Shown: one piece after another, positions 56,823 to 64,000 of the stretch
How positions within the stretch are numbered: position 1 is the first letter of the stretch
Layout of the letters: every line of letters begins with the position of its first letter
Assembly: GCA_964396965.1 (NCBI GenBank)
Contig: CAYNGD010000007.1
Coordinates: forward strand, 22,941 to 86,940
DNA from: an uncultured Dehalococcoidales bacterium
GTDB lineage: Bacteria; Chloroflexota; Dehalococcoidia; Dehalococcoidales; BS750m-G39
Reading direction: 5' to 3'
Length of the DNA stretch: 64,000 nt
Notes under the pieces: generated by a model
The model's input: only the letters and a program-made list of their open reading frames with translations
The model's database searches: none
What the model was told of the DNA's origin: nothing
Translations under genes and position numbers: made by a program

Positions 56823-57848
56823 ATGAAAGCACAGGTCTTAAGACAAATCGCTCCAATTGATAGCAAGCCGCTGGAGCTGGTGGAGATGCCAACTCCAGAG
56901 CCCAAAGCCGGGGAAATACTGGTAAAGGTGGCCGCCTGCGGGGTCTGCCACACCGAGCTGGACGAAATCGAGGGCAGGCTCAAGCCCAAGCTGCCGGTAA
57001 TTTTAGGCCACGAAATCATCGGCCGGGTGGAAAAGAGGGGGGCGGTGGCAAAGAGGTTCAATACCGGCGACCGGGTGGGTATCGCCTGGATTCACTCCGC
57101 CTGCGGCCACTGCCACTTCTGCCACAGCGACCGGGAAAACCTCTGCCCCGACTTCCAGGGCACCGGCTGCCAGGCCGACGGCGGCTATGCCCAGTACACC
57201 GTAGTTGCCGAGGACTTCGCCTACCCCATCCCCGCCCGCTTCAGCGGCGCCCAGGCCGCCCCCCTCCTCTGCGCCGGGGCCATCGGCTACCGGGCGCTAA
57301 GGCTGACCAATCTGGAGGATGGGCAGGTGCTGGGGCTTTTCGGTTTCGGGGCTTCCGCCCACATCGTTATCCAGATAGCCAGATATAAATTTCCCAAAGG
57401 CAAGATTTTCGTCTTTACCCGGCCCGGCCAGAAGGAGCACCAGGCGCTGGCCAGAAAGCTTGGCGCCGACTGGGCCGGGGCCACCGGAGAGACGCCGCCC
57501 CAAAAGCTCGACGGCGCTATCGACTTTACCCCGGTCTGGCAGCCGATAATCGAGGCACTAAAGGTCCTGGAAAAAGGGGGCCGGCTGGTCATCAACGCCA
57601 TCCGCAAGGAAAATGTAGATAAAAAAGCCCTCCTGGAGCTGGACTACTCGACCCACCTCTGGTCGGAGAAGGAGATCAAGAGCGTGGCCAACATCACCCG
57701 GCGGGACGCTAGGGAGTTTCTGCCCCTGGCCGCCGAGATTCCCATCATCCCCGAGGTGCAGGAGTTCAAGCTGGAAGAAGCCAACGAGGCACTAATTTTG
57801 CTAAAAAGGGGCAAAATCCAGGGGGCGGCCGTCCTGAGAATAGATTAG
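56823..57848 (+). CDS. zinc-dependent alcohol dehydrogenase family oxidoreductase
   Basis: Catalytic zinc ligands in CGVCHTE and GHEIIG, structural zinc CGHCHFCHSDRENLC, NAD fold GLFGFGASAH. Confidence 0.88.
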   Translation: MKAQVLRQIAPIDSKPLELVEMPTPEPKAGEILVKVAACGVCHTELDEIEGRLKPKLPVILGHEIIGRVEKRGAVAKRFNTGDRVGIAWIHSACGHCHFCHSDRENLCPDFQGTGCQADGGYAQYTVVAEDFAYPIPARFSGAQAAPLLCAGAIGYRALRLTNLEDGQVLGLFGFGASAHIVIQIARYKFPKGKIFVFTRPGQKEHQALARKLGADWAGATGETPPQKLDGAIDFTPVWQPIIEALKVLEKGGRLVINAIRKENVDKKALLELDYSTHLWSEKEIKSVANITRRDAREFLPLAAEIPIIPEVQEFKLEEANEALILLKRGKIQGAAVLRID

Positions 57849-57904
57849 GCGGAGAATGGGGAGGGGGCTTGACTTTTGTCACCAACCGAAGCACAATCTA
57901 GTCA

Positions 57905-58288
57905 ATGAATCCTGGTGATACTAAGCTGAGCACCATAATCAAGCGGCAGAGGGTTATGGTGCCATTGACCCTGCGGGAGCTGGCCGCCAAGGCCGGCGTA
58001 TCGGCGTCGCACCTGGGCCGAATCGAAAGAGGCGAGCGTTTCCCCTCGGCCAACATCCTGCGCAAGATAGCCCAGCCCCTCGGCTTCGACGAGGACGAGC
58101 TCTTTATGCTGGCCGGCTATCTCTCCCCCGGTACCCCCATCGGTGCCGAAAGCCACCAGGGGCTGGACCCCTACGTGGCCAAGATGCTGTCACGAGAGCC
58201 GGTGGAAACACAGCGCGCCATCATCGGCATCCTGAGCATGCTTAAGAGCCTGGCCCAGAGCGGCCGGGAAAAAGAACCACCCGAATAG
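57905..58288 (+). CDS. XRE-family helix-turn-helix transcriptional regulator
   Basis: HTH LTLRELAAKAGVSASHLGRIERGER. The next gene starts 2 nt after its stop. Confidence 0.75.
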   Translation: MNPGDTKLSTIIKRQRVMVPLTLRELAAKAGVSASHLGRIERGERFPSANILRKIAQPLGFDEDELFMLAGYLSPGTPIGAESHQGLDPYVAKMLSREPVETQRAIIGILSMLKSLAQSGREKEPPE

Positions 58289-58289
58289 A

Positions 58290-58874
58290 ATGCAGCCAAT
58301 GCTATCAGCCATCCTTCTGGCCGCCGGTGAGTCAAAGCGCATGGGCAAGCCCAAGCAGCTTATGCCCCTGGGCCAGAGCACTCTTCTGGAACAGGCCATC
58401 GATAACCTGCTGGGCTCCTCGGTTGATGAGACCATCGTGGTGCTGGGTCATAAAGCCGAGGAAATAGTCAAGGCGATAGCCAACAAACCAGTCAAAATAG
58501 TGATTAACCCTGACTACAGCCAGGGGATGAGCACCTCCATCATCGCCGGCCTGATCATGGTTGACCCCCGTTCCCAGGCGTTGATGCTGGCTATGGGCGA
58601 CCAGCCTCTGGTGGCCAGCAGCACCATCAACCAGCTGATAGACGCCTTTAATAAAAACAGGAAGGGCATCGCCGTCCCCACCTACCGGGGGCGGAGGGGC
58701 CACCCCATTATCTTTGACATCAAGTACAAAACGGAACTGCTTATGCTCAAGGGCGATATCGGCGGGAGGGAGATAATCCACAACCACCCCAATGATGTCC
58801 TCATGGTGGCTATTGATTCGGAGAGCGTTATCTCCGACATTGATACCCAGGAAGACTACCAGTCACTGGGCTAG
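58290..58874 (+). CDS. MobA/MocA-like molybdenum cofactor nucleotidyltransferase
   Basis: LSAILLAAGESKRMGKPKQLMPL plus GDQP, 194 aa. Confidence 0.8.
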   Translation: MQPMLSAILLAAGESKRMGKPKQLMPLGQSTLLEQAIDNLLGSSVDETIVVLGHKAEEIVKAIANKPVKIVINPDYSQGMSTSIIAGLIMVDPRSQALMLAMGDQPLVASSTINQLIDAFNKNRKGIAVPTYRGRRGHPIIFDIKYKTELLMLKGDIGGREIIHNHPNDVLMVAIDSESVISDIDTQEDYQSLG

Positions 58875-59011
58875 CATTTGACAAAATGGCTATATCGCCT
58901 GTAATATAACACTGACCGCTTTTAGCAGGACCTAGAAAGGTAACCGAGATACCCAAATTCACCGTCAAAAAACCGCCCCAGCATTCCCGCCACCCCAGCC
59001 CGGGCTACACG

Positions 59012-59323
59012 GTGAGGGGGCGGATATGGCTGGAAAAGGACGGCGAACTCTACATGGGCGGGGGCCGGGAGATGCTGCTGGAGCGCATCGATAAGTTCGG
59101 CTCAATCGCCGCCGCCGCCCGCTCGATGAAGCTAGGCTACCGCAACGCCTGGCTCTGGGTGGAGGCGGCCAACCGGCTGGCGCCTTCGCCGCTAGTAGAG
59201 AAGGTCACCGGCGGGGCGGGGGGAGGCCATGCCCGACTGACTGACGAAGGCCGAAAAGCGGTAGAAAAATACAAGCAACTGCGGGCCAAGTTCGATGATT
59301 TCGTCAAAGAGGTAGAAGAGTAA
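59012..59323 (+). CDS. ModE-N-terminal-like winged-helix regulator (no molybdate-binding Mop/TOBE domains)
   Basis: RIWLEKDGELYMGGGREMLLERIDKFGSIAAAARSMKLGYRNAWLWVEAANRL matches the ModE/LysR-type HTH_1 N-domain. GTG start. Confidence 0.7.
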   Translation: MRGRIWLEKDGELYMGGGREMLLERIDKFGSIAAAARSMKLGYRNAWLWVEAANRLAPSPLVEKVTGGAGGGHARLTDEGRKAVEKYKQLRAKFDDFVKEVEE

Positions 59324-59388
59324 CGCTATAATTTTTTAGTTGACGTTATATCAAAAGCAATATAGCCACCAATCTAGAAAGGGAAAAA

Positions 59389-60396
59389 ATGAAAAAACGG
59401 CTGTTTCTAGTTCTGATAGTCCTGCTGGCCCTAGTCCCCGTTCTCGGCTGTTCCGCCCCGAAGGAGGCACCGATGGGCATGGCGGTGGAGTTTATGGACC
59501 ACGCCGCCTGCGCCTATGTCAGCCTGGACAAGGGCTGGTTTGAAGAGGCAGGACTTAAACTCAACGCCTATGATTGCTATGTCACCGGCATGGCGCTGGC
59601 GGCGGCTTTAGCCCGGGGTGATATTCAGGTCGCCTACATCTGCGTGGTGCCGGCGATAAATGCCTACGCCAACGCCGGCGTTCCCATAAAGATAATAGCC
59701 GGAACTCACAGATACGGCTACGGCCTGGTGGTTGACCCGACCAAGATAAAAACGGTCAAGGACTTGGAAAAGCCCGGTATCCGCCTTGGCTGTGTCAGGG
59801 AAGGCGGCGCCGTTGACGTGCTGATGCATAAGACCATAGATAAATACGGCCTTAATGAAGAAAAGGTGCTGGCCAATGTCCAGCGAATGAACCCGCCCCA
59901 ACTGGTGCTGGCTATCCAGATGGGGCAGCTAGACGCCGCCTTTCTCCCCGAGCAGTGGGCTACCATGGCCGAGGAGTCCGGCTTTAACATGCTTTTGATG
60001 AGTCAGAATGTCTGGCCCAACATGCAGGGCAGCGTGCTGGTGGTCAAGCAGAGCCTGATAGACGACCACCCGGAGACCGTACAGAAGCTGGTGAACGTAA
60101 CGCAGAAGGCGACGGACTGGATAAACGAACACCCGCAAGAGGCCGCCGGTATTGTGGCCAGCCAGCTTCAGGCCGCTAGCGGAAAGGTCTTCCCGACCAG
60201 CGCAGTAGATGTCACTTCCCAGCTGGAAATCACCCCCGAGGTATTGCTGCGGTCAATGGGCAGGTTGGAATACACCACCGCTATTGACCCGAAGATGGTT
60301 CAGAATACCATAGACTATATCGCCAGCCTCGGCTATATCAAGAGCAGCTTTAAGGCCGAGGATATCCTGGACCTGAGCTTCTTGGAGGCTCAATAG
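59389..60396 (+). CDS. ABC transporter substrate-binding lipoprotein (NMT1/SsuA/TauA-like)
   Basis: Lipobox VLGCS, 335 aa, NitT/TauT-type PBP features judged by eye. Confidence 0.7.
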   Translation: MKKRLFLVLIVLLALVPVLGCSAPKEAPMGMAVEFMDHAACAYVSLDKGWFEEAGLKLNAYDCYVTGMALAAALARGDIQVAYICVVPAINAYANAGVPIKIIAGTHRYGYGLVVDPTKIKTVKDLEKPGIRLGCVREGGAVDVLMHKTIDKYGLNEEKVLANVQRMNPPQLVLAIQMGQLDAAFLPEQWATMAEESGFNMLLMSQNVWPNMQGSVLVVKQSLIDDHPETVQKLVNVTQKATDWINEHPQEAAGIVASQLQAASGKVFPTSAVDVTSQLEITPEVLLRSMGRLEYTTAIDPKMVQNTIDYIASLGYIKSSFKAEDILDLSFLEAQ

Positions 60397-61151
60397 TGCT
60401 CAAAAAGCTCAGGCCGGGGTGGGGACTTCTGCCGGTAGCCGTCTTCCTGGCCGTCTGGGAGCTGGTGGCCAGATTGAACCTGGTCCCCGGCGAGCTATCC
60501 TTTCCCCCCTTCTCGGCGGTGGTCGTGGAGTTCTACCACCTCGCCGCCAGCGGGGTGCTGGGGGATAATTTTCTGGCCAGCCTGGTTAGAGTCTTAATCG
60601 GCTTCTGCGCTGGCTCCATCGCCGGTATCGCCGTGGGCATGATTATGGGCTGGGTGGAGAATCTCAACAAGGCGCTGCACCCCATAGTCAGCCTGTTCTA
60701 CCCCATCCCCGCCCTGGGCTGGCTGCCCCTGCTCATGCTCTGGATTGGCATCAACGAGATGCTGCCCATCACCATAATCTTTATCTGCTCCTTTTTCCCC
60801 GTCCTCTATAACACCGTCACCGGCATCAGAACCGTGGACAAGGAATACATACAGGTAGCCAGGACGCTGGGGGCCTCCGACGCCAGAGTCCTAATCACAG
60901 TGGTCATGCCCCTGGCCCTGCCCAATATCTTCACCGGCCTGAGGCTGGAAGCGGGCATGGCCTGGCGGGTGATTATCGCCGCCGAGATGGTGGCCATACC
61001 CACCGGCATTGGCGCCCTGATGATGAGAGCACAGAGCCTCATTCGCATTGACATCATCATCGTCTGCCTGATAGTCTTAGCGGTGATGTGCCTCGCCTTC
61101 GAGGGGTTCTTCCAGTACCTGGAAGCCAAAATAACCACCAGATGGAGATGA
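60396..61151 (+). CDS. ABC transporter permease (BPD_transp_1, NitT/TauT-type)
   Basis: 251 aa with six TM segments and an EAA-like loop (ARTLGASDARVLITVVMPLALP). Confidence 0.85.
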   Translation: MLKKLRPGWGLLPVAVFLAVWELVARLNLVPGELSFPPFSAVVVEFYHLAASGVLGDNFLASLVRVLIGFCAGSIAGIAVGMIMGWVENLNKALHPIVSLFYPIPALGWLPLLMLWIGINEMLPITIIFICSFFPVLYNTVTGIRTVDKEYIQVARTLGASDARVLITVVMPLALPNIFTGLRLEAGMAWRVIIAAEMVAIPTGIGALMMRAQSLIRIDIIIVCLIVLAVMCLAFEGFFQYLEAKITTRWR

Positions 61152-61152
61152 T

Positions 61153-62223
61153 ATGCCTTCTATCGAACTGAAGAATATCTGCCAGTATATCTGCCGCGAT
61201 GTTAGCCTGAAGATAGAGGATAAAGAATTAATGGTCCTGCTGGGTCCTAACGGCGCCGGTAAGACTACCATCGTCAGAATTATCGCCGGGCTGACCGACT
61301 ACCAGGGCTCGGTTCTCTTTGACGGGGTAGCGGTGGACAGGTTGCCGGCCAACAAGCGGGAGGTGGGCTACCTCTTTCAAGACCTAGTCCTGTTTCCTCA
61401 CCTCGATGTCGCCGCCAATATCGCCTACGGCCTGAGCGCTCGAAAACAGCCACCCCAGCAGATAGAGGCCAGGGTGAAAAAGCTGCTACAGATGATGAAG
61501 ATAGAGCACCTGGCCCAGCGCTACCCCAAGCACCTTAGCGGCGGGGAAAAACAGCGGGTGGCCCTGGCCCGGGCACTGGCGCCGTCGCCCAGGGTGCTGC
61601 TGCTGGACGAACCGCTTTCCAGCCTGGACGTACCCACCGCCAAATACCTCAGAACCGAGCTCAGGCAGCTCCAGCAGCGGCTGGGCATCACCAGCGTCTA
61701 CGTCACCCACGATTTACAGGAGGCCGAGGAGATGGCCGACCGGGTAGCCTTCCTCCAGAACGGCTGCCTGGAGCAGGTGGACAGGCCGCAGAGAGTCTTT
61801 TTCTACCCCAAGAACGAGAGGGTCTCCGATTTTATCGGGGCTCCCAATATTTTAGACTGCGACTACTGCCACAGCCTGGGTAGGGGGATGATGGAGGTCG
61901 GCTGCGGGGGCCTGTCCATAATCGTCCCCCACGACGGGGAGGCGGTCCACCGCATCGCCCTACTCCCCAGCGACATCCATATCTCGGAGAGCCACCCGCC
62001 GGGGCCGGAGGTAAACCGTTTCAAGGCGCTGGTCACCAGCATCACCCCCACCGACGAAACAGTCAGGATAGGGCTCAAGGCAGGAGGGAATAACCTGCTG
62101 GCCGGCGTGCCCCACCACATTTTTGAGGACATGAATCTAGCGGTGGGTAAAGAGGTCTTCTTGATACTCAAGCTGCGCCGGATAAGGGTCTACGAAAACA
62201 AGGAAAGCCAGCGGTCAACTTGA
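61153..62223 (+). CDS. ABC transporter ATP-binding protein with C-terminal TOBE-like domain (ModC/CysA-like)
   Basis: Walker A GPNGAGKTT, LSGGEKQRVALARAL, LLLDEPLSSLD, and a ~120-aa C-terminal beta domain (FKALVTSITPTDETVRIGLKAGGNNLLAGV). Confidence 0.88.
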   Translation: MPSIELKNICQYICRDVSLKIEDKELMVLLGPNGAGKTTIVRIIAGLTDYQGSVLFDGVAVDRLPANKREVGYLFQDLVLFPHLDVAANIAYGLSARKQPPQQIEARVKKLLQMMKIEHLAQRYPKHLSGGEKQRVALARALAPSPRVLLLDEPLSSLDVPTAKYLRTELRQLQQRLGITSVYVTHDLQEAEEMADRVAFLQNGCLEQVDRPQRVFFYPKNERVSDFIGAPNILDCDYCHSLGRGMMEVGCGGLSIIVPHDGEAVHRIALLPSDIHISESHPPGPEVNRFKALVTSITPTDETVRIGLKAGGNNLLAGVPHHIFEDMNLAVGKEVFLILKLRRIRVYENKESQRST

Positions 62224-62373
62224 CGGCATACCACATGTACTGATAAATTAAGATTCGGAAGGCAAGAAACTCTGTCGATTGCCGCTAGTTGAAGCACGCA
62301 CTGGAATACCTCGCTAAAATCCGTCGGAGAAATAGGTCACGGCAAGGCCACTAAGACAAAGGAGACAGAGGAC

Positions 62374-64000
62374 ATGGCGGGTGCTAAAAAAGTCGGAGGC
62401 TACAACAATCGCATCCTGAGGGTCAACCTGACCGACGGCAAGTTCTCCGAAGAAACGCTGAGCGATGAGCTGGTCCACGACTATATCGGCGGGCGCGGCT
62501 TCGGGGCCAAGCTCCTCTATGACGAATTGAAACCGGGCACCGACCCCCTTGGTGAGCAGAACGAGCTTATCTGCCTGGTCGGTCCCATGACCGGGACCAG
62601 TTCTCAGAGCTTCCACCGCTGGAAGGTCACCTTTAAGTCTCCCCTGACCGGCGGCTACTTTACTTCCTCCGCCGGGGGGTTTTTCGGCCCCGAGCAGAAA
62701 GCCGCCGGATTTGACATCATCATTATCAGCGGAGCAGCCGATAAGCCCGTCTATCTCTGGGTCCACGATGGGAAATACCAGCTACGAGACGCCAGTTATC
62801 TCTGGGGGCTGGACTGCGACGATACCCACACCCTGATTCGCGAGGAGTTGAACGACCCCCGTATCCGGATTGCCTGCATCGGGGCCGCCGGAGAAAATGG
62901 GGTCAAGTATGCCGGCATATTCACCGACCGGCGCGCCGCCGGCCGGGGCGGCGGGGGCGCCGTTATGGGGGCTAAGAAAATCAAGGCAATAGCCATCAGG
63001 GGGAGCGGCAAGGTGGCTATAGCTGAACCGGAGGCTTTCCGGCGGGCTGCCCGGGAGCAGATAAAGGTGATGAAAGACAATGAGGGCCTGAAAGAATTTT
63101 CTGAGACCGGAACCCAGATCGCCGAGTTCACCAATCTGCTGGGTATGTTTCCCACCCGTAATTTCCAGAAAGGCGTCCTGCCTCACTGGGAGAAGATTGA
63201 GGGTTCGGTCTACACCAAGTTTCGGGAGCGCAAGACTGGCTGCTACCGGTGCATGGTCCACTGCGGTAGCCTTGTCAAGATGAATACCGGCCGGCATTCC
63301 GGGGCCTGGACCGAGGGACCCGAGTACGAAACAATCTGGGCTTTCACCGGCTCTACCGGCAAGGCGGACATCGGCCTGACCATTGCCGCCGACAAGTTCT
63401 GTGATGACCTTGGCCTGGACACTATCTCCACCGGCAGCTCCATCGGCTTCGCCTACGAGCTATATAACCGGGGAATCATTACCAGAGAGGACACCGGCGG
63501 CCTGGAGCTGATATACGGCAACGGGGAGCCAGTCCTGGAGATGATCAGACAGATTGCCTACCGAAAGGGCATCGGTGATTTGCTGGCCGAAGGCACCCGC
63601 GAGGCGGCCAGGCGCATCGGGAAAGGGGCTGAGCAGTATGCCATGCAGGTAAAGGGTTTAGAGATGCCCGCCTACGACCCACGCGGGGCCAAAGCCCACG
63701 GCCTTAACCTGCTCACCAGCAACCTTGGCGCTGACCACAACCTAGGCTACGCCGGCCAGGAGCTCTTCGATATCGCTATCCCCAGAGAGGTTGATCGCTT
63801 CGAGATAGAGAGCAAAGGCGAGCTGACCAAGTATAACCAAGACCTCACCTCCATGCTGAATACAGGTATCCACTGCGACTTCCTGGTCAGCATGTTCGTG
63901 ACCACGCCTGAGCTTTATGCCAAGCTGCTATCGGCAGTCACGGGCATCAGTGACTTCGCTGACCCGGACTATCTCTGGCGGGTGGGGGAGCGGATTACCA
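62374..64000 (+). CDS. aor: aldehyde:ferredoxin oxidoreductase family tungstopterin enzyme (3' end beyond window)
   Basis: Not in the ORF track because it has no stop in the window. The ATG at 62374 follows AAAGGAG. It translates MAGAKKVGGYNNRILRVNLTDGKFSEETL...GGRGFGAKLLY...DRRAAGRGGGGAVMGAKKIKAIAIRG, the typical AOR N-domain, and stays open to 64000. Confidence 0.9.
   Translation, partial: MAGAKKVGGYNNRILRVNLTDGKFSEETLSDELVHDYIGGRGFGAKLLYDELKPGTDPLGEQNELICLVGPMTGTSSQSFHRWKVTFKSPLTGGYFTSSAGGFFGPEQKAAGFDIIIISGAADKPVYLWVHDGKYQLRDASYLWGLDCDDTHTLIREELNDPRIRIACIGAAGENGVKYAGIFTDRRAAGRGGGGAVMGAKKIKAIAIRGSGKVAIAEPEAFRRAAREQIKVMKDNEGLKEFSETGTQIAEFTNLLGMFPTRNFQKGVLPHWEKIEGSVYTKFRERKTGCYRCMVHCGSLVKMNTGRHSGAWTEGPEYETIWAFTGSTGKADIGLTIAADKFCDDLGLDTISTGSSIGFAYELYNRGIITREDTGGLELIYGNGEPVLEMIRQIAYRKGIGDLLAEGTREAARRIGKGAEQYAMQVKGLEMPAYDPRGAKAHGLNLLTSNLGADHNLGYAGQELFDIAIPREVDRFEIESKGELTKYNQDLTSMLNTGIHCDFLVSMFVTTPELYAKLLSAVTGISDFADPDYLWRVGERIT

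Overview
The window reads as one contiguous chromosomal segment of an anaerobic bacterium. Split archaeal-type glutamate synthase, an NrpR-type regulator, a HydABC-like flavoprotein module and a tungsten AOR suggest a Chloroflexota/Dehalococcoidia-like organism, but that is only a guess. I support about 65 protein-coding genes. I found no rRNA, no intact tRNA, no CRISPR array, and no recognisable transposase, integrase or phage gene.

Gene blocks in order:
- 1-6 kb: hemA-hemC-cobA/hemD-hemB-hemL tetrapyrrole operon.
- 6-21 kb: mixed transporters and membrane proteins, namely two ABC-2 pairs, MarR, two zinc-ribbon membrane proteins, a DUF169 + HdrD-like pair and an orphan substrate-binding protein.
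- 21.8-26 kb: acyl-CoA ligase, enoyl-CoA hydratase, flavodoxin and a CDF transporter.
- 26.2-29.4 kb: NuoE/NuoF/HoxU-like (HydABC-like) iron-sulfur flavoprotein module with no catalytic subunit. A NarL-type two-component pair follows.
- 31.8-37.9 kb: tightly overlapping six-gene operon of KamA-type aminomutase, two Ddl-like ATP-grasp ligases, GNAT, MarC and a GNAT::HDAC fusion. This is my best candidate for an undescribed system, possibly making and turning over an acetylated beta-lysine peptide.
- 38.5-52.1 kb: single-strand nitrogen supercluster. It runs 4Fe-4S protein, hisH, FAD oxidoreductase, GOGAT domain 1, hisF, GOGAT domain 2, GOGAT domain 3, pseudo-receiver OmpR regulator, amt, glnK, glnA, nadE, nrpR.
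- 52.3-64 kb: molybdenum/tungsten cofactor neighbourhood with CutA, MoeB/ThiF, XdhC, YqeB, MocA, a ModE-like HTH, an ABC importer with a TOBE ATPase, and a 3'-truncated AOR.

Other observations:
- GC content appears to step up near 18.3-18.4 kb.
- The sensor half of the histidine kinase is a low-GC patch.
- Several hand-found palindromes and direct repeats sit in promoter regions.
- A few sub-60-aa ORFs are missing from the ORF track.

All functional calls rest on motif and domain recognition by eye. No searches were run.
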